Shown: in pieces, positions 8,701 to 16,891 of the stretch
How positions within the stretch are numbered: the first letter of the stretch is position 1
Layout of the letters: every line of letters begins with the position of its first letter
Assembly (NCBI GenBank): GCA_008015155.1
Contig: SSFA01000010.1
Span: 9,191 to 73,190 of the forward strand
Source of the DNA: Thiothrix sp.
GTDB taxonomy: Bacteria > Pseudomonadota > Gammaproteobacteria > Thiotrichales > Thiotrichaceae
DNA: 64,000 bases
Direction: 5' to 3'
Notes under the pieces: model-generated
The model's input: the letters and a program-made list of their open reading frames with translations, nothing else
What the model was told of the DNA's origin: nothing
Databases searched by the model: none
Position numbers and translations under genes: made by a program

Positions 8701-9763
8701 CCATCAAGTAATCAGTAGCAATAACCCCTTCTTCTGTTTTCTGCTCCCGCTCCAAGAGATTTTGTACGTCGCGAATTTGTGTGACATGGCCTTTGGTGGC
8801 GGTGTAATTTGGGTCGAAGTCTTTGTCAGCGGCCCATTGGGTGAAGGTTTCTAAGCCGCTTAAACAACTGTCTGGCGCTAGTGGTTTAGCGTTTTTTTTT
8901 AAGGTTTTATCCAAACTTGCTTCAATTGCCTTGAATAAAGCTGCAATAAAAGCCTCATTTTTAGGCTTTCTGTAGTCGCTATAAAACTTGTCGTCGAGGC
9001 GAAAAATTTGAATGTCTTGCAGACCTTTTAAGTCATGGTTTTGGAAATCGATGGGGCTTAAGCCAACAGGGATAGCTTTACCGCTGGCTAAAAACTGGGG
9101 AAGTTCAAACTTGCTAATATATTGGCTGTTCAGGAAGGAGAGGCTGACTAACAGTAAACCAAAATCATGGGTGTTTAGTGCCTCTTTAATCGTGGCATCC
9201 CAATCTTCGCCCAGCACAATCTCCCAATCGCCCCAAAGCTCATACCGATATTTTTTAGATACATTGAAGTGAAGCTTTAACTGATCCAGAAACTTTTTAA
9301 CCTGAACGTCATCACGATGTGCATAGCTAATAAACAGTTTGATCAGGCGTTTGCTTTCGGTCGGAATCGCCCGTGATGCTAGCAGCGGTTCTTCAGGCTT
9401 TAGATGAGTTTCTTCTGCGGAATAACGCTCAATATCCTCAACTGTACTATCTTCGCCACTAAACCAGCAAACTCGTTCGCTAGCGTCACTGCGTTTTTGA
9501 TTATCCACCTCTAATTGAAAAACTACCTTGGCTTCGTCGGCTGCACTATTCACTCGATTACGAAACGAGCGAAAACTTTCTTGCGCTTTAGGGGTATCTT
9601 GATCAGGAAAAAGCGTGTTGAGTGCATCGGCATAGTTTAAGGATGCGCCATTGATGAGCGGCAAAAGCTGCTGGTGGCGTTTGAAATCCGCTTTGCCTAA
9701 TTCGTCTTGCAGCTTGCTCAAGGATTTTTCGACTTGAGAGCGAGTGAGCTTAAGTTCTGACAT
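5729..9763 (-). CDS. STAND NTPase with an N-terminal TIR domain, a central NACHT module, pentapeptide repeats and nine C-terminal WD40 repeats (NLR-like candidate defence protein)
   Basis: This is a single 1344-aa ORF with GGAG 8 nt upstream of the ATG. The TIR-like segment covers roughly residues 140-285 (LFISYAHRDD ... SQYISKFELPQF). The P-loop GEYGMGKTT is at nt 8630-8656. The NACHT-type Walker B LIIWDGLDEV is at nt 8378-8404. Pentapeptide-like repeats cover roughly residues 790-900. Nine WD40 units (xFSPDGSxLATAS.D.TA.LWDARSGER) cover residues 924-1293. Confidence 0.9.
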   Translation of the reverse strand: MSELKLTRSQVEKSLSKLQDELGKADFKRHQQLLPLINGASLNYADALNTLFPDQDTPKAQESFRSFRNRVNSAADEAKVVFQLEVDNQKRSDASERVCWFSGEDSTVEDIERYSAEETHLKPEEPLLASRAIPTESKRLIKLFISYAHRDDVQVKKFLDQLKLHFNVSKKYRYELWGDWEIVLGEDWDATIKEALNTHDFGLLLVSLSFLNSQYISKFELPQFLASGKAIPVGLSPIDFQNHDLKGLQDIQIFRLDDKFYSDYRKPKNEAFIAALFKAIEASLDKTLKKNAKPLAPDSCLSGLETFTQWAADKDFDPNYTATKGHVTQIRDVQNLLEREQKTEEGVIATDYLMDWLKQEHSPPFCALLGEYGMGKTTTCKALTRELLAERATNKALPLPIYIDLREYTWDKRVDFTLSEILEHILKKSWKGGHEDVGIKPADMIQQMQNHKALIIWDGLDEVIVHMPPKQASDFIRQLWRILPPLKQDKTQHPNAGKMLISCRSHYFRSIQEQNAMLTSEHRDGIKGEDYQALVLLPFTEAQIETYLQKSLKLDDAALNEVLDLIRSVHNLPEMAERPYTLSLIAQHIPDIEQLAMRGEPIQGVMLYQSMVEHWLRRDDGKHQFSPQHKKQLMEYLAAALWKSGQRQWNVDELDTWLDEFLFKNIKLASAYQNLDRNVLKEDLRTATFIVRPDENSFRFAHSSLQEFFLAAYMQRGLLTQERSYWQFETTPSPETLEFLTQLILIERSKHASYEKSLAAWLADYEPTSSRLVLQIWLKLAERGLVFQYQRMDLAGIDLFQWKIQGTAAQSLKLHDINWRSARLDQVQFKYIEFQRCDFTEAQGWLAEFQHCRFQACVFQKTNLMASIWRLNDLNDLDVSSCELSHSQWIRNSGAAWGADFPLAPNQRTTDKLPAKVWAQIQAGHTNAINAIAFSPDGSTIATASWDHTAALWDARSGERRLTFQHDQKVTAVALSPDGSSLATASYDHTAALWDARSGERRLVLLHENLVRAVAFSPDGSTLAIASDNHTAALWDVRSGERQLIFKHNKIFLSVVFSPDGSNLATTSWDDTASLWDARSGELQLTFKHNLGINVVAFSPNGTTLATASKDNTAALWDARSGERQLTLKHDKEVSALAFSPNSSTLATASKDKTVILWDACSGERRLILKHERIVRAVTFSPDGSTLATASKDKIVTLWDARSGERRLTLKHDSIVRAVAFSPDGSNLATASKDNTVTLWDNRSSERRLTLKHDSIVRAVAFSPDGRILVTASGNITQYWDLKTGECLATLAQHRNQQYSMIKQDRITHASPDAWRYLRYVEELENGERILHPAEIFGALAGSE
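5885..6994 (-). repeat. Nine tandem 123-bp coding repeats (WD40 blades) with high nucleotide identity
   Basis: The string catcggg recurs at 5968, 6091 and 6214, exactly 123 nt apart. Long stretches match between adjacent units, for example gggactaaaggcgacggcacgaactatgctgtcatgtttaagcgtgagtcgccgctcgc. Confidence 0.9.
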
Positions 9764-9956
9764 ATTCTAGCTCCAGCGGATTTGATTATTTTTTAGCATA
9801 AGCTGCATATATGAAATATTCAATAACGAATTTAACGATTATTTAACGATCAAATCGAGGTGCTTTACCAAGAGTCTCACCTAATTGAGTGATAGCCTAA
9901 TCAACTCAAAATCTAGAAAATAAGCTGCTTACGACAAAGACAAAGCGAGGTTGTTT

Positions 9957-10619
9957 ATGCGTTTCTTAAAATCAGCCAACTTAGCTTGGCTGCAAAGCTC
10001 ATTGCTAGTGTTAGTACTCTTTCTAAGTCTACCGATTCAAGCTGCTACGCTACTCAAGCCAGTGGATACAGCGGCCAAAGACCCTAGTTTTCTAGCCTTC
10101 CGTACTCAGCTTCTCAAAACGATTGAACGTAAGGATGCTAAAGCTTTGTTAGCTGTGGTGCATAAGGATATTAAAGCCTCATTCGGGATGGAGAATGGCA
10201 TTGAGGACTTTAAAGAAATGTGGGGGCTGAATAAGCCAGCGACCAGCCAACTTTGGTCTGAATTGAGTAAAGTACTGAAAATGGGTGGTTCTTTTAGCAA
10301 TAAAACTACCTTTATTGCTCCCTATGTATTTAGTGAGTGGCCAGATGACAAGGACGCGTTTGAAAATTGGGCAGTGATCGCTAAGGATGTCAATATTCGC
10401 GCTAAGCCCAGTACCAGTGCAGCTGTATTAAAAAAAGTCAGCTACGAAATTCTGCCGATTGAGTTTAGTGAGAATGAGAAATGGGTCACTGTGAAATTAG
10501 GCAATGGCAAAAAAGGCTATATCGCGAGCCAATATATTCGAAGCTCAGTGGATTACCGCGCTTTTTTTGAAAAAATAAAGGGTCGCTGGCAAATGACGGT
10601 TTTTATTGCAGGTGACTAG
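9957..10619 (+). CDS. Secreted protein with a C-terminal bacterial SH3 (SH3b) domain
   Basis: It has a signal peptide (MRFLKSANLAWLQSSLLVLVLFLSLPIQA). The C-terminus VNIRAKPSTSAAVLKKVSYEILPIE...WVTVKLGNGKKGYIASQYI fits the SH3b pattern. Confidence 0.7.
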   Translation: MRFLKSANLAWLQSSLLVLVLFLSLPIQAATLLKPVDTAAKDPSFLAFRTQLLKTIERKDAKALLAVVHKDIKASFGMENGIEDFKEMWGLNKPATSQLWSELSKVLKMGGSFSNKTTFIAPYVFSEWPDDKDAFENWAVIAKDVNIRAKPSTSAAVLKKVSYEILPIEFSENEKWVTVKLGNGKKGYIASQYIRSSVDYRAFFEKIKGRWQMTVFIAGD

Positions 10620-11542
10620 AGCATCAAGCTGACCCAAAAACTCACACTCAGGATCGAAATCAAAGTTGAAAAGACGACGATTTGTGAGCTGGCTTGTTCA
10701 AATAGTTGATAACGCATGGCGACTACATGCACTAATGCTCCGGTCGGTAAAGCGGTCAGGAGCACAGTAACAATTAACCAAGCAGGGTCAGTCACGCCCA
10801 AGAGATAAAAGGCTAAACAAGTTAGTGCAGGGTGCACTATAAGCTTCATGGCAATCAACCAGCTTAGTTCAGCGCGGCTGGTTTGAATCTGCCGAAACTG
10901 GAGACTTGCGCCTAAACAAAACAGTGCGACAGGAATAGCAGCGGGTGCCAGCATATCTAAGCTGGTGTTCAGCACTTTCGGCAAGTCTAAGTTAAACCCA
11001 GAAGCCAGCAAGCCTAATACGGTGGATAAGAAAATGGGGCTGCGTAAAAGGGAGCGATCTAAAGTCGTCCAAATTTGCCGCAAACTCATACTATGTTGGC
11101 GCAAGGCTTCAATACTGAGTTGCGCACCGCCAATTACTAATAAATTCCCTGCCAGAATAATACTAATCGTTGCCGCCGACTCGCCCAGTAAGCTAAAGGT
11201 AAGCGGAATACCCATGTAGGCGTAATTGGCAAACACGCTATTCAGACCGCGCATGACTAGCTCTGGCGCTGACTGGCATTTGAAAAAATAGCGGCTTCCA
11301 ACTACTGCCACCAAGGCCGTTACGAGGCTCCCTAGCACAAAAGCTGTGAGTGCAGGCCAATTAAATAAATTATCTAAAGTTTGGCGGCGTGCTGCATTAA
11401 ATAATAGTGCGGGTACTGCGAAGTAATACACAAATAGATTCAAGGCGGGCAGCATAGTGACATCCAGAATCGTTCTGCGGGCGAGGTAGCCTAAGCCAAT
11501 TAAGCTAAATAAAGGAATAATCGCAAGCAGGCTTTCAGTCAT
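10616..11542 (-). CDS. AEC (auxin efflux carrier) family membrane transporter
   Basis: This 308-aa polytopic membrane protein has two hydrophobic halves and the N-terminal pattern typical of AEC/membrane transport family proteins. Confidence 0.7.
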   Translation of the reverse strand: MTESLLAIIPLFSLIGLGYLARRTILDVTMLPALNLFVYYFAVPALLFNAARRQTLDNLFNWPALTAFVLGSLVTALVAVVGSRYFFKCQSAPELVMRGLNSVFANYAYMGIPLTFSLLGESAATISIILAGNLLVIGGAQLSIEALRQHSMSLRQIWTTLDRSLLRSPIFLSTVLGLLASGFNLDLPKVLNTSLDMLAPAAIPVALFCLGASLQFRQIQTSRAELSWLIAMKLIVHPALTCLAFYLLGVTDPAWLIVTVLLTALPTGALVHVVAMRYQLFEQASSQIVVFSTLISILSVSFWVSLML

Positions 11543-11613
11543 TACAGAGTCCGAGGCAATAATAAAACTCGGCCATTATAGTGAAAGCTCGTAAAAATGC
11601 AGTCAGTGAAACG

Positions 11614-12255
11614 CTAAAACCACAAACTCGCTTGCCAAGCTAGATTAGGCTGACTGGCATCCGTGGCTACTTGAGTCGCATTAGAGGGAGGCGGGTTTTC
11701 AAGCCGATAGAGTGGCGGCTCTTGTTGGGTGTTTTTTAGGAGCGCTTGTAAAATCTTCAGGAATTGCTCTTGAGGGTCGATTAACAGAGCTGTGCTGTTC
11801 TCGGTTAATAACTGAATATCTAAACTACTCGACTTTTCATTTAAAGCCAACGGTTTGTAAGGGTGCAGCTCGCTCCTTGCATTCCCCGTCTGTTGGCCTA
11901 GAGCTAAAGGCTTAGTTTGATGCAAATTAGTTTCGCCAAGGCTTTCTAGATCAATCAGCTCAATGAGTGAGTCAGTCTCAGTCTCAGCCTTAGGCGTGTT
12001 AATAGCTAAAGGTTTGTAGAGATGGATTTCACTTGGATTATCAGTGACTTGGTTGATGTGCTGCTCAATGACCTGAGCTAGGTGCTCATGCAGTATTTGC
12101 TGCTCAGCTGAGTTATCAGTGTGCGAATGCGGTAGAGACTGCTGCTGTTTAGTAGCTTGACCGAATTCTAGATTCGGGACTTTACTATTTTGCAAGCTGC
12201 GCGTGCTTTTGAGATCAAGCGCTTGACTAGGGGCTAAACTGCTGGAAGAAATCAT
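11614..12255 (-). CDS. Hypothetical Gln/Ser/Pro-rich protein with a repeated YKPLA(I/L)N motif
   Basis: This 213-aa ORF is low in complexity. The motif recurs three times (LYKPLAINT, TKPLALGQ, PYKPLALNE). I recognise no family. Confidence 0.45.
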   Translation of the reverse strand: MISSSSLAPSQALDLKSTRSLQNSKVPNLEFGQATKQQQSLPHSHTDNSAEQQILHEHLAQVIEQHINQVTDNPSEIHLYKPLAINTPKAETETDSLIELIDLESLGETNLHQTKPLALGQQTGNARSELHPYKPLALNEKSSSLDIQLLTENSTALLIDPQEQFLKILQALLKNTQQEPPLYRLENPPPSNATQVATDASQPNLAWQASLWF

Positions 12256-12418
12256 TCAAGGCTATCCTAGTTTTTATAATTTGAGTTATTTATTAACTAA
12301 ATTAATGCTGAATGAAAGCTTGCTGAGGATAATTGGATAAATTGTGGAAATAAACGGCGATTTGGTTAGATTTTTAGCCAATGCCCAGCGAGTTGCTGAG
12401 CATTGCTATAAGTTTTAT

Positions 12419-15418
12419 TTAAGCTAAGCGTTTGACTTGAGCTTCAATAATATCGCCATACACGCTGTTATCGTCACCGAAGTAGACCATCGCAGAGGCT
12501 AATTTACTCGCCAGAATCGCATATTTGACTTTTTCGGGTAAACGATCAATCCGTTCTTTGAAAGCTTCAGTTTGAATCAAAGCTGGCATATGTGCCAGAA
12601 TCGCTTGTTTATAAGCCGCCTCATGCACTAAATGCGGGTTGGCTTGGAAGTAAGCAAACATACGTGCGTAGTGTGCATTAATTTCTTGGCTAACCTGGGT
12701 AGAAATATCGGTATAAGTGATTTTTCCGCCCGCTTCACGATGACGTTTAATGACGACGCGCGCTTCTTGCTCTGCCATACGATTCAGAATCGCGATGACA
12801 TCACGTACATATTCATCCTTATGCGTTAGGAATTCTTCTTCGCTTAAGGTCAGATTGGCAATAATTTCATAGGAAGAAGAAATAACCCCACATTTATTCG
12901 CCGAAGCATCGCGCATAATTACCACACCACGCTGTTGCAGGACTCGACGTGCATCAGGAGTGATGAAGGAATTCGCCCCTTCTACAATGACTCGAGCGCT
13001 TGGCTCACCATCTGCCTTGAAGAATTGATCGACATTATGCATGGCGATGGTTTCAGGGCGACCACCAGCAGGAATGAACAGGTCAGTTTCTACTGTAAAG
13101 GTCAATTGATTGAAAATCTTGTTGAATTCATCGGTAGAAATCCAATCTTCCTCTAAACCTAAGGCAGTTTTCTTTAACTGTTTATACAGATCGCGCATTC
13201 CATCATGCTTTTTCTGGCTGCGATAGATGATGAAGGCATCTTCATGCAGAGCATTGGCATCGAAAGCATCCAAATCAGATTTGAGAATGACTTTCTGTAA
13301 AGCATCATGATCTAAGCCTTCAGGGTCAAAAGCTGCTGCTGTACCATCTACAATCATCCGGATTTGCACTCGTTCGCAGCGTTCTAGTAAAAGTCGCATG
13401 CTATTACCAGCCACATCACCGTTTGGCCCCCCCGTAATTTTGATACTGAAGGGGTCTTTGTGCATATCAATGCCAAGCGTTTCTTGCATGGTGACTTCAG
13501 CGAAGCGAATCACGCCAATGGAGGTCACGCCATATTCTTTATGATTAATCCCCACTTTCTTACTAGACATAATGCCTGCACCGAGTAAATAGCCCCGTTG
13601 CACCGCTAATTGAGCAATTAACTCAATCATCACATCATGCATATTTTCATCAGGGCCGAGTTCGATCGGTTCATCTTCACCGTAATAATCGACCACCCGC
13701 GGATCTTTCGCTTTGCCATTTTCAGTAACATATAAGTCGAGGAAGGCATTAGCAAAACCGTATTGCAATTTGTACAGATATTGCAAGACCGTGGCTTGTG
13801 GCGTACCGGGGCGAGTGTTGAGGATGGAAACCATCTTCGAGCCGCCTTCGTAAATATCCTTATTCTTTAAATGTTGGGTATGAGCTAAGACATAGTTTTC
13901 ACGGAAGAGGGTATTAGCACTATTGGTATAATCATCATGGCCTTGAGTCATCAGTGTACGCCAGCCACCCCGCGCAATATCTGAGAAGCCAATGTGGTAA
14001 CCGGAACCACTGCGCCCTGAAAAGAAGGTAATACGGAACGGACGCTCTTTTGGTAAATCAGCAGTAAAGTCGTCACCTAATTCTTCTAAATAAGCAGGAT
14101 CAAGACGGAAAGCCAAGGCATGCTTTTCATCCACGAAGAAATTAGTTTTTAAGCAGTGTGTAATAAAGCTCATCGCACAACGGAAAATGACACGGCGCGT
14201 TTCATCTAGGAAGCGGCGACCGGTATTGAAGTTATCAATCTTATTCTTAGTTTCTTGCAAGAGTTCCGCATAGAGCTGCTCACGATTGGCTAAATTTGGT
14301 TTGAAGCGAGCATGGAATAACTTTACCAACTGTTGACTGAGATCGGGCTGCACAATGAACGCGCGTTGTACTACTTCAGGGTCAAATTGATCGGGTTTAT
14401 TGTGTGCGAGATTAGTATGGCAGAAGGTAATTAAGGCTTTAATGAGCGTTGCGTCCGTACCGCTCATAAGGCCGGTCGCTACTAATTCATTAAAACTGGT
14501 GGAATCTGAAGAGATGATTTGCGTGTTGTATAGCTCATCTTGCAAGGCTTGGAAGAGTTCATTGCCATTTTCCAAGACGGCACCATTGCGGGGCTGTACA
14601 TAAAAAGTCGCTAAGAAGGTCGGGAAAATGCCATTGCTCAAGGTGATGGTGTATGTGCGTTTGACACCAATCTTTAAGCGCTTGAAGACTTCAAAAACTT
14701 GCAGCAAGAAATCGCGTTGCGGCGGATTACTGACCCCAAATAAAACACGATTGGTTTCGCCATTCACTGCATTATCAATCGGGTCAATATCTAAATGAAT
14801 ACCCCCATGAGCTTGGGTTTTTTGGTACAAATCCAGCACCCGAGCAATGCGCTCAGGGTGAGAAACATTCATATAATCTGGGTTATTAATCCACAACAGC
14901 TTAATCAAATGATCAGTTTGGCGGGTATCAAAATTGGGCGCGTGAATCCGCAGATTGTCTTCGATATTTTCCTTGATTCCAGCCGGTGGCTCTTGGTCAT
15001 CGGCAGCTAAAGCAGTAGCCACTTCAGCATCAGATACCGCATTGTAGTCAAAACGTAGGACTTCTAAAAAATAATCACTACCGGGTAGGCGCAAGAGTGA
15101 GGTGTTGATTTCCGAATAAGATAAATTATCGCGTTTCGGTAGTGAGCTGAGGGTATTATAAATAGAGTTAGGTACGCCATTTTGGGCAATGAGTGTCCGC
15201 TCAGGCCGGTCAGCTAAGCGAATATAAGGTAACCGGTGAATGCGATACAGGGATTCAACTAAGACGGATAAGGCCTCGGGTTCGGTACGGTTAAAACTAA
15301 AAAAGAATGGGTGCATCGCTTGTTGTAACCAACCCAAGCTGCTATCCATGCGCTGGCAACTGGCTTGCACGTTGGTTTGAATTTGCTCAATAACTTGTTG
15401 TCCTGGATCTTTGTCCAT
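12419..15418 (-). CDS. Large NAD-specific glutamate dehydrogenase-like protein (about 1000 aa class)
   Basis: The 999-aa ORF contains SDIARGGWR (compare the GG(L/I)R substrate motif of the ELFV dehydrogenases). It also has a dinucleotide-fold segment ITGGPNGDVAGN like the GGPDGDLGSN of fungal GDH2-type enzymes. Confidence 0.6.
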   Translation of the reverse strand: MDKDPGQQVIEQIQTNVQASCQRMDSSLGWLQQAMHPFFFSFNRTEPEALSVLVESLYRIHRLPYIRLADRPERTLIAQNGVPNSIYNTLSSLPKRDNLSYSEINTSLLRLPGSDYFLEVLRFDYNAVSDAEVATALAADDQEPPAGIKENIEDNLRIHAPNFDTRQTDHLIKLLWINNPDYMNVSHPERIARVLDLYQKTQAHGGIHLDIDPIDNAVNGETNRVLFGVSNPPQRDFLLQVFEVFKRLKIGVKRTYTITLSNGIFPTFLATFYVQPRNGAVLENGNELFQALQDELYNTQIISSDSTSFNELVATGLMSGTDATLIKALITFCHTNLAHNKPDQFDPEVVQRAFIVQPDLSQQLVKLFHARFKPNLANREQLYAELLQETKNKIDNFNTGRRFLDETRRVIFRCAMSFITHCLKTNFFVDEKHALAFRLDPAYLEELGDDFTADLPKERPFRITFFSGRSGSGYHIGFSDIARGGWRTLMTQGHDDYTNSANTLFRENYVLAHTQHLKNKDIYEGGSKMVSILNTRPGTPQATVLQYLYKLQYGFANAFLDLYVTENGKAKDPRVVDYYGEDEPIELGPDENMHDVMIELIAQLAVQRGYLLGAGIMSSKKVGINHKEYGVTSIGVIRFAEVTMQETLGIDMHKDPFSIKITGGPNGDVAGNSMRLLLERCERVQIRMIVDGTAAAFDPEGLDHDALQKVILKSDLDAFDANALHEDAFIIYRSQKKHDGMRDLYKQLKKTALGLEEDWISTDEFNKIFNQLTFTVETDLFIPAGGRPETIAMHNVDQFFKADGEPSARVIVEGANSFITPDARRVLQQRGVVIMRDASANKCGVISSSYEIIANLTLSEEEFLTHKDEYVRDVIAILNRMAEQEARVVIKRHREAGGKITYTDISTQVSQEINAHYARMFAYFQANPHLVHEAAYKQAILAHMPALIQTEAFKERIDRLPEKVKYAILASKLASAMVYFGDDNSVYGDIIEAQVKRLA

Positions 15419-15555
15419 GGTAACGCCTCCTGTGTGTTGTGATGCTTTGTTTTTTTCTAAACATACGCCTATTTACTAGCTAATGGCAGGCTTATACTTA
15501 TTAAATTCTAGCGAAAGCTAATTCTTTATTGTCTGCTTACTCTGCGAGGGTTGCC

Positions 15556-16887
15556 ATGCAAGCACCGATCTATCGAGCTTTTCGCGCTGCACTGCTGCAT
15601 TTTTTAGATGATCCAGCCCATGAACTTGAACCCCTACATACTGAGTATTTTCCTGACGGAATTTTATTAATCAAGAATGGTTATATAGAAAAAATTGGCT
15701 CGGCGACTGAGTTATTGCCTAGCTTACCGGCAGATTGTGAATTAATTCATTATCCTGAGCAGTTAATTATTCCCGGTTTAATCGATACGCATATTCACTA
15801 TCCACAAACCGATATGATTGCTGCTTATGGCGAGCAGCTATTGCAATGGTTAGAAACCTATACCTTTCCTACCGAGCGCCAATTTGCAGATCAGCAACAT
15901 GCGCGTGAAGTGGCAGAATTCTTCTTAGATGAACTATTGCGCAATGGCACAACTACCGCTTTAGTGTTCGGCACGGTGCACCCCGCATCAGTAGAGGCCT
16001 TCTTTGCAGCGGCGGAAGCGCGCAATTTACGGATGATTGCGGGCAAGGTGCTAATGGATCGCAATTGCCCCGAGTATCTACAAGACACAGCAGAGACCGC
16101 TTATACCGAAAGCAAAGCACTCATCGAAAAATGGCATGGACGCGGGCGTTTATCTTATGCAGTAACCCCACGGTTTGCACCCACATCAACACCCGAGCAA
16201 TTAGCCAAAGCAGGCGAGTTATTAGCGGAATATCCAGATGTGTATATGCATACGCATGTGGCGGAGAATCGTGATGAGGTTGCTTGGGTTGCGGATTTAT
16301 TTCCAGCAAGCCGCAGTTATTTAGATGTTTACCAGCAGCATGGTTTACTTCGCCCGCGTTCAGTCTTAGCCCATTGTATTCATTTAGATTCTGATGATCG
16401 AGCCTGTATGGCTAGCACAGGTTCAGCTGCTGCTTTTTGTCCATCCTCTAATTTATTTATTGGTAGCGGTTTATTCGATTTACATGCCACTAAAGCAAGC
16501 GGTGTACGCGTAGGCTTAGGGAGCGATGTAGGCGGCGGGAATTATTTCAGTTTGTTGCGTGGAATCAATGATGCCTACAAAGTGACTCAGTTATTAGGGA
16601 AAAAACTCTCAGCTTTTCAGGCTTTGTATTTAGCGACCTTAGGTGGAGCCAAAGCACTTTATCTAGATGATAAAATCGGTAATTTTGCAGTGGGAAAAGA
16701 AGCCGATTTTGTGGTCTTAAATTTTAATGCAACCCCTTTAATCGAGCGGCGTTTAAAGCAGTGCAGCAGCTTGCATGATCGGCTCTTTGCAGTCTTAATG
16801 CTCGGTGATGACCGTTCAGTGACTGCAAGCTATATCATGGGGCGGGCTGCTTTATACTCACAGTCTGCCTACCTTGAAAGGAACTAA
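15556..16887 (+). CDS. guaD: Guanine deaminase
   Basis: PGLIDTHIHYPQTDMIAAYGEQLLQWLETYTFPTE closely parallels E. coli GuaD as I remember it. Amidohydrolase metal ligands (HxH, later H and D) are present. ATG 15556 lies inside the ORF that opens at TTG 15529. Confidence 0.9.
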   Translation: MQAPIYRAFRAALLHFLDDPAHELEPLHTEYFPDGILLIKNGYIEKIGSATELLPSLPADCELIHYPEQLIIPGLIDTHIHYPQTDMIAAYGEQLLQWLETYTFPTERQFADQQHAREVAEFFLDELLRNGTTTALVFGTVHPASVEAFFAAAEARNLRMIAGKVLMDRNCPEYLQDTAETAYTESKALIEKWHGRGRLSYAVTPRFAPTSTPEQLAKAGELLAEYPDVYMHTHVAENRDEVAWVADLFPASRSYLDVYQQHGLLRPRSVLAHCIHLDSDDRACMASTGSAAAFCPSSNLFIGSGLFDLHATKASGVRVGLGSDVGGGNYFSLLRGINDAYKVTQLLGKKLSAFQALYLATLGGAKALYLDDKIGNFAVGKEADFVVLNFNATPLIERRLKQCSSLHDRLFAVLMLGDDRSVTASYIMGRAALYSQSAYLERN

Positions 16888-16891
16888 GCTC

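Noticed and set aside
9830-9850. The direct repeat ATTTAACGAT-T-ATTTAACGAT lies in the intergenic region between the TIR-NACHT gene and the SH3b gene.
   Set aside because: The 10-mer is AT-rich and occurs in an AT-rich promoter region. There is no associated regulator to propose and I have no way to test significance here. It is noted as a possible binding site only.
5056-9950. The idea that the TIR-NACHT gene sits on a genomic or defence island.
   Set aside because: No flanking integrase, tRNA, direct repeats or other recognisable defence genes are visible. The only IS is 9 kb away. I could not compute compositional deviation here, so the island hypothesis is unsupported rather than disproved.
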